Source: Lingula anatina (lineage: Eukaryota > Animalia > Brachiopoda). From it: a DNA stretch of 64,000 nucleotides. The translations under genes and the position numbers were made by a program. The notes below the pieces were generated by a model. That model did not search any database, was not told the origin of the DNA, and saw only the letters and a list, made by a program, of their open reading frames with translations. The stretch covers positions 47,436,401 to 47,500,400 of the forward strand of contig CM120641.1 in NCBI GenBank assembly GCA_051362555.1. Direction: 5' to 3'. How positions within the stretch are numbered: the stretch's first letter is position 1; every line of letters starts with the position of its first letter. This document shows positions 1 through 12,720 of the stretch, piece by piece.

Positions 1-3000
1 TGTGGGATATTCCTTTGGGTTATGTATTATTTGTTACCAGATTGAAGAGTTGGAGCCAAGGTTTCACCATATTGCCTGCTACTTGTATTATTGGCAGGCC
101 TTCTTGGGAAGCATGTGTCAGTGCTTATGGAGGCAACACACCAAAACTGCTGATAGCTGCTGTCAGATGGGGTTTTATTAGAGCCTTGGTAACTGTCTGT
201 CATTAAGACAGTGTGGAAAGATGGGTGCCTCACTACATACCACAGCTTGGCTGCTTAAAAAAGAGGGAAAGCTTTTACCCTTTCTGGATACTCTATGCTT
301 CAAAGAACTTGGAATAGTTAGAAATGAATTATCACATTTTGTGCCACAGGTCTCACTCAAATTAGCCAATTAAGGCAACCAAATGGATTTAATAAAACCA
401 ACTTGACTTGACTCACATGTACTCTATGGTTTAAACTGGAGATGAAGGCTGTTTTTGCTTCAGTTGGGTTGGAAATAAATTTTCTATTCTTGCTTTAAGA
501 ATAGTTGTACAAAATACGGCCTTTTAACGTTCAAAGTGTGAATTAAGACTTTGGTGGCTACATTAATTTCAGACTGAGCTGGTGAAAATTTACAGAGATA
601 AAGTAATAGTGTTAATGCTAAAAAACACAGATAAATAGCACCAAAATTACATCTAAAGAGATAACATGTCCAGTATTTCATGTTTTAAATGTTAGATTTT
701 GTAACTCAACTAAAACACCATGTAAAGAACCCAAAAGAATAAAAAGTCAAGTTAGTTTTAATTCATTACCATGCCTGTCTGGGATATTCTTGAACTTTAA
801 CATAATACTTTGCTCTTTGCTAAGAGGAGGCCTTATCTTTCATTTGATGTCAAAATAGCAACTAATGCCCATTAGGTGTGTGTTATTTGAACAAAACATA
901 AGAAATGCACACATTCCTGGAGGGGTTATCATTCATAATTTTTTCCTCGCCATCAGAAGAACCCCGCTGTCGTCTGCAGGAGCCAGCGCAAACTGCCACC
1001 ATTACTTGTTATTGACAGGTTTATGGAGACGTAATTATAGGATACCACCAGAAGATATCAAAATGATTCTCTCCAGTCAAAATTAATTCCCCATTGTGAT
1101 TAGGGCTGGTAGATTGTATGGCATATAATCTTGGATAAGCAGGTACCACCAAGCTGTAGTGGCGGAAGATTAATGGCCATGTTCAGCATGATAATTAGGT
1201 GATAGTGGTAATAGATGACAAAGGCTGTAATTTAGTAGAGAGGTAAATATATAGAGAAAAACTTGACATCTGATAAAATATTTCATAATCTTGATGTTGG
1301 AGAGATGTTTAGGTTATCTTAAATGGATCAGTGGTAAGAATCTGATTTATAACCTGTAATTTATTGCCCTCACATTCTTGTTTATCATTTAATTTCTTCA
1401 TTTTGGCTTTGTTTTCTATTCAACATGTAGGACAAACATTATGATTTCCATTTTATTTAGACATGTCTTTGTGAAGTCTATTTTTAAAACCCACTGTGGT
1501 AATATGGTGGCCCTGCAGGTGAAAAGTCCCCCATACTCAGACTGAGTGACGATACAAATCCTAGTGTACAATATGTTCTGTGTTAAATGATTAATTAGGA
1601 CAGTATAGTTCACCAGATGGATACCATTAAGCCGGGAAAATATATGTATATCCGCCAGTCAAAGGAATTCTACATTACTCAAGCAAAATGTTTTGACCAT
1701 AATGAAATTTAATTGCTCATTAATAATGTTGTTTACACTCCAATAAATGGAGCTGAATGTCAGGTGCCTCAATAAGTCACTGACGGAGGCGCTTTGATGT
1801 TGGCCATAATGAGTTTTAGATGCAGGTACAGCAATCCATAGTGCAGAAATGATGGAATTCTTTTCGGCTGTTGTCAGTGTCGCCAGGGGCAACCTGCGAG
1901 ACCCCATGACACATGGGAACCAACGCTGAAAACTGGCCGTGGGCGGTGGAAGCAGCTTTTTTCCTCTATTTCAGAAATAAATTTAGTTTTAAAACTGATT
2001 GTCATGATGAACAGCATCCAGACACAGTTAATAAGTGTATTATATTGACTTGCTTACCTCTTGTTAACTCAAAGAAAGACATGAATCCAAATATTTTAAT
2101 GTTTTAAAAAAATTTAATTTTTTTCTGCTACATTGCCTGTTCGCCAAAAATACTTCCCTGTTTGATTTTGTCTTGTTAGCCAGAAGTTAACTGTTACTTC
2201 TATTTATATTGACACATTTTACCTGTTTAATCACTATTTTGGGGAAGCATTTTATTTTGTTTCAACAGACATTTTTTTGGTAACTTTCCTCACTTTTCTC
2301 CATCCCCCCTTCATAAACCACTGAAATTAACAAGTGAATGATACAAAAAATGTCAATTCAGTCAGAGAAATAAATCTTCCCAGTTTTATCTCCAGTATTA
2401 ACTCCTTTGCAGCACTAAGCCGGGCTGTCTAAGAAGCTTTGTAATTATTATGAATGCTTTGAAGTGTTCCAACATAGAAGAGGGGAGTGATTTATGGGGA
2501 TTTGGCTTAATCACTTGAGCTTGGGACATTTCTGATAAAAATTATTTGTAGTCTGTACAGAAATGCACCACCAGTCTTTAATTTTTTGTTCATTGTCAGA
2601 TTACAGCCTCTTTCCTTTGATCTGGTTGTCCTACAAACCCAGAGTAGAGGCATTTACAAGTAGTTCTTAGAGATTTGATGAACACTTTGGAAATCTGATA
2701 ACAGTTGCAGTCTTGTTTAATTTACAAAATGTTGTTTACTTAAGTGGCTTACTATAACTTTATGTAGATATCCAATCTGGTAAAGGCAATTGATGTTTTC
2801 ATGAATTTGAATGAAAACTGTTTCTTGTATACTGTAGAGAAATAATATAAAATTAATTTCTACCAAAGGTCTGTTTCAGAAAGGGAACAGCAATCCATAC
2901 TAATCAATAGTGTAGAGTTTTCGCCTAGTATGGTTACTGCACACCCTTGCAATTACCAATGAAAAGACAATTCCTTCTTGATGCTGTATAACCACTTCAT

Positions 3001-6000
3001 TTCCTGGTCATTCCATGTCATTTTTCACCATCATCAGAAAGTAGTCACAGTTATCTAGTGTCCACTGCCACAAATTTCAGTTCCTCGAATCCCATCAAAT
3101 AGGCCTCCCAGTACGTCATTCCCTTAATTCACTGCCATTAGTTATGACAGGTAGTTATTAACTACAATAAGTAATAGTATGAGTCAAGATAAACCTTCTG
3201 TAAAACTCCTTTGAAGATCAGTTGAAATTTCATTATCACGCCTCTGCAAACCACACTTATAGCTCTAGTCTCCAGTTGGGCCAGTTAAAACACTGCAATG
3301 ACAAGTAACATATGCGTCAGTGAATTATGGAGATGTTAAGTACCACCTTACACCTGGAACCAGTAATTAAAAAATGTTGAAGGTGGAAGAATAATCAGAA
3401 AATTACGTGGTACACCAAAAAACATTAAGCAGTCAGTCATTGTGTTAGAATGTGTTGGTCATGGACATCGCCCATTGTAACATTTAGATTCGGCCCATTT
3501 CTAGTCAGCCGTGTCTCTTACATTTTACCCATGTTACATATTAATCAAATGGAATATTAACAAAGCACCTGCCCATGAGCCATTCAAAGTTATCATTGGC
3601 ACTTTTATATAATATAAAGGCCATAATTCAGTTTATAATTAACATTTCATTTTAATGCCATTTGATTTGGATTGTCACAAACAAAAAAAAGATGATTTTT
3701 GCATTTAAGAATAATGCTTACTTGTCCAAAACCTTCAGCTAGTTAAATGGTTTTAAAAGGTATATTAAGGGATGTAAATTAAGCAAAAATTGTGTATGTT
3801 GATATATTAATCCAAATCAACCCTTTCATGTTACATCAAACAGCTGATGTGTTAAGATACTTAGTTGACCTATGAAAACATCTCCTTTAAAACAGTGGAA
3901 AATGTTCCAAATAAAACAAAGGTATTTATGACATACATCGTTTGTTTGATTTGGAACATTTTCCACTGAGATACGAGTCCAGAAAACAATATAAACTGTA
4001 TCTGCAGGGCAGAACATTTTGAAGTCTGAAATAAAAATAACTGGCAGCTAATCACCTTGACTTTCATGGGTCATGGTAACTCTGTTTTCATGGGAGATAT
4101 TTCTATATTTCTAAAACAGTGTCAGAAAGGGTATGTCAGGTAGAAGAGTCACCATCCTTACTTTGACTGGACAATAATTTTTTCAGAAAGAAGAGAAAAG
4201 AAATTTGCCTATGATCAAGGGCCGTTTTCCATATGAAATTTTTTTCATCTTCGAGGTTTCACAAAAAAAATTGTGACCTGACCCATTCATGGTATTCTCA
4301 AAGCTACTGAAACTACTTTCAAAAAATATCACCCCAGTATCAAAATTACAATCATATTTTTCTGCTTTTGACATTAATGAAAAACAAATGAAAAAAATTG
4401 CAGTGACTTTGAATTAAATCACGTAGACACAGCTTTAAAACTGATAAACAGAGGTAAAAAAAAAATATTACCTCTTTGACAGAGATAATAAGTTTTTATA
4501 TCATAAATACAGATGCCCCATTTTTTCAGTGACAAAGACAATTGCCCTTTATGATGGCCATATTTTATCAGAGATATATGCGAGATACAGGGATTTATGA
4601 TTGTCAGAAGCAGTTATTTTTGGCATGATCTATTGTAGGAAGAAGAAATAGCACCCAGGGAAGACTATTCATTGTTATGAGAAAAAATAACACTGAGTGC
4701 CAACCAAGTTATTACTGTTAAAATTGCAAATCATTAATGTATGTGAATATGCCTTTGATAGTTGAGACCAATATGTCTTTACACAGTGGGCAGATATTAT
4801 TTGATTATTTTAAATTATACGGTGAATTTAAGGAGATTGATGTGTTTAAATGATTTGGTGATGGCATTAAAGGTGGCTGAGATCCAAATGGTATAGAGTA
4901 TGATAACATGTTTTTTCTCTGTTAAAACCAGATACTATTGTCATTGTATCCCTGTACCCAGAGCAATATATTGTACAATGAGCTCAGTAAGCATGGACAA
5001 ATAACAGAAATTTCCTATTTTATGAACATCAATCAAGCCAGTAACAGACATCAGTGTGAACTTTTATTCCATATGTTTTATTCCTATGCAAACCTTGTTT
5101 GGAATGCTTATTCTTTTCCTCAATCTTTCTTTCAGATGTTTTCTCTGCCACTCTTCGGTCTGTTCCTGTATGCGAGTGGCATTGAAGGCTGTGATTCATG
5201 AGAGCTACGTTCCACCCACTGGTAAGACAAAAGCCTGGTGTGCTTCCATCGGTGATGGATGGTCGTACCTGAGGTGATCACATAGCAGACCCTGTAAAAA
5301 AACCTCTCAGATGTCAAAAACCCAGCAAGCTACAAAGAGAAAATAGATGGGCCGAGAAGAGTTATCTATCTTTCTGCCTCATTATGTCTTTGAATAGGGT
5401 GTGAGTAGTCAAGGGGGAGCCCGTGAACTGATGAGCTCATCACTTAAGCCACGCTGAGTCAAAAATTATATCAACTAGAGTTCATCCTGTTTGTCCTGCC
5501 ATCTCCCTTTGATCTAATAATGTGCAATAAATCAACATCAAGCCAAATCTAATATTTCTTTTTAATTCGAGCAATGCTGTGTTTGTCGCTATAGGGGCCT
5601 AACGACCCCTGCCGACTGGATCTCATCAGGAGCCGTTCTGTGCAAGAGTTCTGCTGTATGGGATGATAGATGAGCCAGTACTTACCCAGTTACATTATAG
5701 ACCAGATGATGTATAGAGCCATTAGTTGGTGGACTATGCACATACATCTTCCTACAGCTGTGCAAAGCTTTAGATCCATGCAGATACAGGCAGAAGGCTT
5801 GTAATGGATACAGCCGGCATTGTCAGGAACCAGAGGTCACTTTATATGGAGGGTGAAATGGAGTGCAGTTCATTATTTTTTTGTTTCATGCTATCGTCAC
5901 TTTCTTTAACTTATATTTATGTATTTATTAGCATTGTTAATATTACAACAAATTTACTTGAAAGTGCCTTAAATCTGTAGATACAGAATGTGAGAGGAAA

Positions 6001-9000
6001 TTTATATGGAGATTAAAGCAAAATACATTTAATTATTTTTTCATCACTTCCCTGAGCTTGAGTATTTAATATATATTATTATCATTATTATTATTTTAAG
6101 AAACATTTAAATAAAAGAAAAATTTACTTTAAAATGCCTCAAATTTGTAAACTTAACATATTAGAAGAAACTTTTGATCATTTGTATAATGCTTCCTCAA
6201 GTAACATTTAATAAAGTACATTTCAATATTGAATATTTCCTGCATTAGTTTACATCAGAATAACTGACATAATTGTTTATATGTGCATCTGTTGTGAGGC
6301 TGACAAAGCACCCACATATTTAGTTAGCTGTACTTTATTCTGAACATATGCAGAAGTAAAGGGGAGGTATTTGCCAGCAAGCTGCACACACTGATGGCCA
6401 GAGACAGGTGTCATGGCAACATGGTGAAATTATGTGATGAATAGAAAATCTGAAAGAAACATGTTAGCCAACTCTAATATGAATCATGAATACAGTTCTT
6501 GGGTTAAAAAACTTTCAGCATTAGTGTTTATCTTATAAATGATAAGTTTTATTATTATGCAGCATTTAGCAAAAAAATATCTTGATTCTGATAAGTTACT
6601 GAAAGCTGCCAATAACAATACTGGAGAGAGAGAGAGAGAGAATTTTAAAAGTACAATATGAGCGTTGAATAAGGAGCATTTTGTCTGTGTGCCATACTGC
6701 CTTGAAATTCTTGCTCAATTAACCAGATAAAGCCAGTTAATATGAGAGATAATTGAGGACCATTCCTAATTACCAGGAATAATTGAAGCTTACTTTGATT
6801 GACAGGTTTCAAATCTAGCACCAGTAAAGGTGTTTATTTGAATGAGCTGAAATTAACCTCCTTGTGAATAAGTACTGATTACGGTATTGTATCAAAGCAG
6901 CTGGCGGAAATACTAGACGCTCGTCTCAGGAAAATGCTCTGTAAAGCTTGAAATTTCCTGACGATGTGAATAACCTGTTTAAGGATTAGAATATCTGATC
7001 TTTTTGCCAAGTAAGACAGGGGAGTATATATTTTTTATTTTGAGAGAGAAAAACACAGAGCAAGCGCGTTCCATCAAGTTAATGCCACGAATAAAGAAAT
7101 CAGGATGTTGCCATTATCAGAAACACTAGTCTATTTTCTCTCACTAATAATGTGAAGAAAGGGCGTAAAATAAGTCTACAGTGTTACTTTTCCTAATATC
7201 AGAGGGGAAATCAAGACTCCAGATTCGTCTCCTCATTTCTGTGCATTTAATCGGTTTTCTACAAGTTCCATTTGATTTCTGAATAGTAAAACGCTCTCCG
7301 CTGGGAAATGTCCATCGATTAGATCTATTGGCCTTATTCCTTGTAATGTCACAGCGATGTTTGGAGAAGCCTCGCCAGTGAATAGCTTAGATCAAATCTA
7401 ATACATTCATATGTCACTGCTTATTAATAGAGAATGTTCTAGGTACGTAGAGCCAATAGGACAAACCAAGCGTATTTCAAAGGTTCAAAAGGTTTTTCAA
7501 ATGATTAATCCTTCTCGAGTTGATGCGCCGTACCAGCTTTTTTCCTGCAGTGTATCTCAATGGGAAGACGAACACGAGAATATACAAAAAAGGATATAAT
7601 ATTCATTGTGTGGAGGTAGATTTCATGAAATGCCAAGCGAGGTTTCTTTCAGAACTACTGTCGCTAATTTTGTATAGCAAATAGTTTGAACTCGTGTGTC
7701 ATTAGATCATATTGTGTAAGTGCTATTGAAAATATTTTTAGGATGACGAACAGGATATGAGTAGCCGAGGTCCGGGAGAGCGGGGTTCTGACGCCCAGCC
7801 GTAAACTTGGTGTTTATCAACTGATGTATTTTGTCCCTTAGTGTGCTAGAGCTTCATACTGGTACTACCGTCACCACCTTCAAGAGTTTTTTTTTTTTTT
7901 TTTCTTTTCTTTTTTTGTTCAGACACAAGATTCTAGACCACATTAAAAGTCTCAAAAAGGCGCCGCTACTTCATGTTGTCAATTGCTGTAATTTAGCCGA
8001 CGCTGTGCAGCGCATCCGCTTTCTTCCCGTGTAATTTATATGACGGGCTCTTCATGTCTTTTTTCCATAGTAAAACATACCGTCAAATGTACAAAATATG
8101 AGATTGAAACGACATGGGGTTGCCCTCGTATTACAAATGTCACGATTAGAATGTACATATCAACATATCTGCGACTTGATTTACTTTGCCCCGTTTATAA
8201 TGCTGCCGCTTTTATCTTCCTTTTTATCTCGACAGATCTCGCTACTAAATTTGTGTAAATCAGGAGCGCGCGGCTCCCCTCTCTCGGGCACCTCATAAAT
8301 TATCTGTGTATGCCTGCACCGGTACACCGCCAAGCTATTGGGCAACACACTCTTCTCAAGAAAATGTTAAACATTTGAAGTTCTGTACCCATTAATTGAG
8401 CGAAGGACGGCTCTCGTTTTCATCAGTTGTTTCGTGGCCAGGGTGCCTCACTTCAAAAGGAGACGCCTGATGCTTGGGCGGTAGTCCCGCGTCGCGGTAG
8501 AGCAGATAACCATAACACCTACTGCTAGGTTGATCAGTGTGTAAATAGAAAATCGCCAGTGGAAGGGCGCGCTGTCAATCATCTCCCGACTCCCAGGTCC
8601 GAAGGTGTGGGGAGTATTATCGGTAGAAGCTAAGCATACACTTTAAACAGTGGCCCTCATTTACTGAAGTGAAGTGAACATGAAAGGCAGTCCAGATCAA
8701 ATTTAGACTACCGTATGCAGCAAATTACATTTTCCCTGTTTTTGTTTATTTTCGCTAAACATTTGCTATTTGGAGTGTGTTAATGTTGTTATTTTTTCTT
8801 GTCATGAACCTCGAGCTGTTCAATAAAATTGACGCCCGAGGCCGACCGGCATTTTTCCTTTGAAGTGCATTATTTCTCAACAATTGGCCCAAGTTAACGT
8901 TGTGAGAAAAGAACTATTATCATGGCATTTTTTGTGGAGAATTGTCCGTTTTTCTTCTAAATAAAAATCATTTAAATGCGCAAGAACATGCTGATTGCTG

Positions 9001-10443
9001 GACAACACAAGTCTTTTTTATGTGAAATATTTATGTGGTGATAAAATATTAACTTATTCAAAGGCTATTCTATAAATAATGGAGTCGCTGAGAGGATAAA
9101 CCCACTCCCTGTCAGAGAGATTTTGTAATGCATGCAACGCTAGCTGGCAAGGTATTTGAAAATAAAATACTGTGAGAAATTCTCAATATATTTCATATAC
9201 CAAAAATTTAACTGATGAACTCTAGTATACGTGTCATTATAATCTCGGGGAAGCCTATCTTAATCTTGTTCAATGAAAGCCGGCGACCAACGCGTTGTCA
9301 AATTGATCTGACAGGTGAATCTTTCTTTCATTCGGTGCCCACTCCAATCACATGCTACATCAAGTGCGTGTAAAAGTTCTGAAACTTTAGCTTCTCTCCT
9401 CTCCGAAAAAGTAACGTCAATTTACTGGCTGTGTACTCAACTCGGAGTTCAACTGGAGCGGCAAATCAATCAATTGTAAACACTCAAGAAACAATCGCGT
9501 TATACTTAAATCGAACATCCATTTTTCTTTTTATTATAAAAACTAAACAACATTGTTCATTTTGACACATTTATATTTAGTTTTCTTTTAGATACATGAC
9601 ATCATACAAAATGTAATTGTTTGGCAAACTGTTAACGCTCAAATCCAAAGGTTGAGCTCATAAGTCAAGAACGTCTACTCTGCTTCGATCATCAAAGAAA
9701 AAACTTGAAGAAATTTATGGAGAAGTTGCCGAAGAGAGAAGTAAATATTTACACGCAACTCTCAAACAGCCCATTTTTTCTACAGAACATATTCTACGAA
9801 AAGTCCTGTCTCTAATTGATGGCCACAAATCACATAGGGCGGCGTAAAGGTTTATTTCTTCACCGTCAGATATAGCAGATTTATGATCGACTCTTTGAAA
9901 GGGCATGGTACAGTGACGGTAATTAACAGGAATTACCAGCAGTCTACATGAAACTTCAAAGGCGATTATAAATCATCGCGGCAGTTTCTGACAATTTATC
10001 TTTCTTCACAGCATGTCAAAGTCAGTTGCTCTGTTTTCACTTGAGTATAATGGGAAGTTTGATAGGGTTATTCTTTTCGCTGCTTGCCGTCGGCCTTCCT
10101 GCGGGAGACTAGAGCGCCGAGCCTGCTGAAACTGTCAGCCCAAGTTGCTTTATCTCTCAAGCCAAGCTGTATACCACCGTACCCGTCACTTTTCATTGAC
10201 CTCAGCAACTTCTTACGCCCCAAGGCCGACGTAAAAGTAACATAAATGAGTTTTTCTGACATCTAGGAGATTTTATAGACTTTTAGAAGTCTGTGAACAC
10301 AAAGGCTTGCCCAGCAAAAAAGGCATAAGTATGAAAAGTCACATATTTAACAATGAACAAAAAATATTTTTGACACGTGAATATATACAGTCTTATGTAC
10401 AGTTATTTAAACTATGGCATTTAATACGAGTTCGTTCACATAA

Positions 10444-12340
10444 TTATGGTGCTACGGCTGCCGCCCGTCCGTACAGTGAATACGGAGAGTAGTAGGCCCC
10501 CACCGCTGAAGACAGGGGCATTCCTGGCACAGGGGTACTGGTCAGAGCGGATAGACCCGGGGGTTTGGAATAGGGGTGGTACCTGCTAACTGGGCTTAAA
10601 CTTGTGGGGTACAGTCTCCTTAATGTGTTCGGGCTCAGAGAGCCTGGCGTTGGATAGTGTGGATGAGACGCACTTAAACTGCTGCCAGAAGGAAAACCAA
10701 GTCCATAGGGCAGTCCAAATGAGGAATATGCTGATTCAGAACTAGATGTATGCGTACGTAAATGTTGCAAGAGTTCTTCTGAAGTTGAAAATCTTTTCCC
10801 ACAATATTCGGCCCCGGCCACCCAGTTACACACATAGGGCAGACCGTGGTGGGCCGCACTGAGACCGTGTGAATAGATATTGGAACCCAAGGACGTGGCC
10901 GGCAGCGAGCTCCCGGCGCCGAGCCCTCCTATGGACGCTAAAACTGGGACAGAAAGAGAAGTGCCCCCAGCACTGGAGAAACTGTGACTGGTTGGTACGG
11001 GAAGTCCTTTCTCATGATTACATTGCGTGCAGCCGGAGGCACAACACGTCAGTTGCGCGCTCTGGAGGTTGATCTGACATGTTGTACAATATGGATCGCG
11101 GCAAATGGGAACAAGGGTATTGGCCCCCGTGGCCGTCTTTATAGTGGCATAAGCGACGTATGGCGAGGGCAGAGAGGAGGAGTGACCCCCAGTCGCTGAT
11201 GGGAGTTCTGGTTTTAAGCCGAGACCGGAATGTAATCCAAGTCCTAGTCCGTGCCCGGCCAGCGCCGACCGATATGACTGGCCGGGGTCCAGGCCAGGTA
11301 AAGAGTGTCCCAGTAAGTGGGCTGGGTAGCCGGGGTACGGCAAACCCGCGGCCGAGGCGGCTGATAGTCCAGGAAAATAGTGTCCGAGCTTAGCGGCCTC
11401 GTATGCCGCTGCCGAGTGCGCCGGTGGCGGCGGTGGAAGCCCAGATTTAGCGGCCGATGTTTGATGGTTTACTTCCAGTAACATATTTCCACAACTGAGA
11501 CTAATCCTGCTGCTGCTCTGGGCCCCGGCAGTAGAGTTATTGGTAGTATGGCTGGGCACAGTGCTCGTAGAAGACGTGGTTTCTGTGCTCGCTTTGGCGT
11601 GCGGGCTGCCGGCGGAAGGTTTTGAAAACTTCTCCGTTGGATTTGCTATTGGCACTAGAGGGGGGATATCCTTTGGCGGTGCAGAGCGATATTGTTTGGA
11701 GGAATCCGCACTGGATGTCTCCTTTCTCTCTGAGCGGGATTTTTCGCTGCCTGGACTCTGCTTCTCTGGTGAATTTTTTCCATGATCTTTTTTCTCTAAA
11801 GGTGGAATTATAGGCTTACTTGGAGTGGTATCCTTTCCAATACTGCTACACGTTTGAGCTAGAAGTGCCAGTGGACTCTTCTTTGCATCTAACTGTAATA
11901 AATATTTTTAAAAGAATATAATTTCGAACAAGTTTTAATCAAAACAAAAATACCACTTTGATTTATATGAGAAGTATCTTTTCGCCCATATTTTGTTAGA
12001 TTTATGATAAAAAAAATTTTCACAGCGCACACACACTTGCCAAATTTATCTGGTATTCAGGAGGGGAAATAAAATTAAATAGGTACACAGTCCATGTTTA
12101 GAAGAATAACTGAAATCCTTTTTAATATGGAAAATGCTGAATAAATAATCAATGTCTTCATTTTCAATTAACGTCCATAGGCCTACATTGTGTAAAATAA
12201 TGGTACTGGTTCTCGAAATTTTCACGGGAAAAAAAGAAGACGACACGCCACTTTCAAAGAGTATCGAGAACACTTACCGTGGTTGGTAGAGGTTGTAAAT
12301 AATCGGGATGCAAATACTGCGATGTTGACGACGTTAACAT
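10444..12340 (-). CDS. ZNF503: NET-family zinc finger protein (ZNF503/ZNF703/Elbow/NocA-like), 2 exons, 503 aa
   Basis: Exon 1 12340-12278 (MLTSSTSQYLHPDYLQPLPTT, donor gtaagt) and exon 2 11892-10444 (acceptor ttacag), in frame with ORF 10444..11655. Motifs present: Sp motif SPLALLAQTCSSIG, buttonhead box CRDPYCTTC, single C2H2 finger CNWVAGAEYCGKRFSTSEELLQHLRTH, C-terminal RYHPY and YYSPY. The invertebrate gene is co-orthologous to ZNF503/ZNF703. Confidence 0.93.
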
Positions 12341-12589
12341 CCTAGAAAATGGTGGTGGTAGAATAGACTGCGCCTGCTACAGTGTGTTTAATATCCACGC
12401 TACGTGGTCGTCTTCCACACCCGGTCACACGTCGTACTCTGCTCGCTGTCAGTCTACTCACTGATAGGGATGCTGGAAGCCACACAGATCTTATTGAAGC
12501 ATGCCGCCCAGCTAGACAGCATACACAACATAAATTTGCCCACAACACTTGTGAATTACTCCAAGATGAAAGGCTCATGCCGCCTTCCA

Positions 12590-12720
12590 ATCAAATCGTA
12601 AATTAAGGGTGAAGTCCTGCTGTGATTGGCGGATGAGCGCCCCATGACGTCAAGGATGATAAATGGGACCCACGATAAATCACCATGTGACTCAACACTA
12701 ACCAATCAGCTTGCGCATTA
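12590..12720 (-). promoter_or_regulatory. Putative proximal promoter of the NET gene
   Basis: CCAAT boxes (gattgg ~12624, accaatc ~12701), perfect CRE TGACGTCA 12645-12652 and AP-1 TGACTCA ~12688 cluster 280-370 bp upstream of the ATG. The TSS is not known. Confidence 0.5.

Noticed and set aside
10674-11813. Several short ORFs overlapping the NET exon
   Set aside because: Antisense or alternative-frame shadows of a GC-rich coding exon, with no recognisable motifs.
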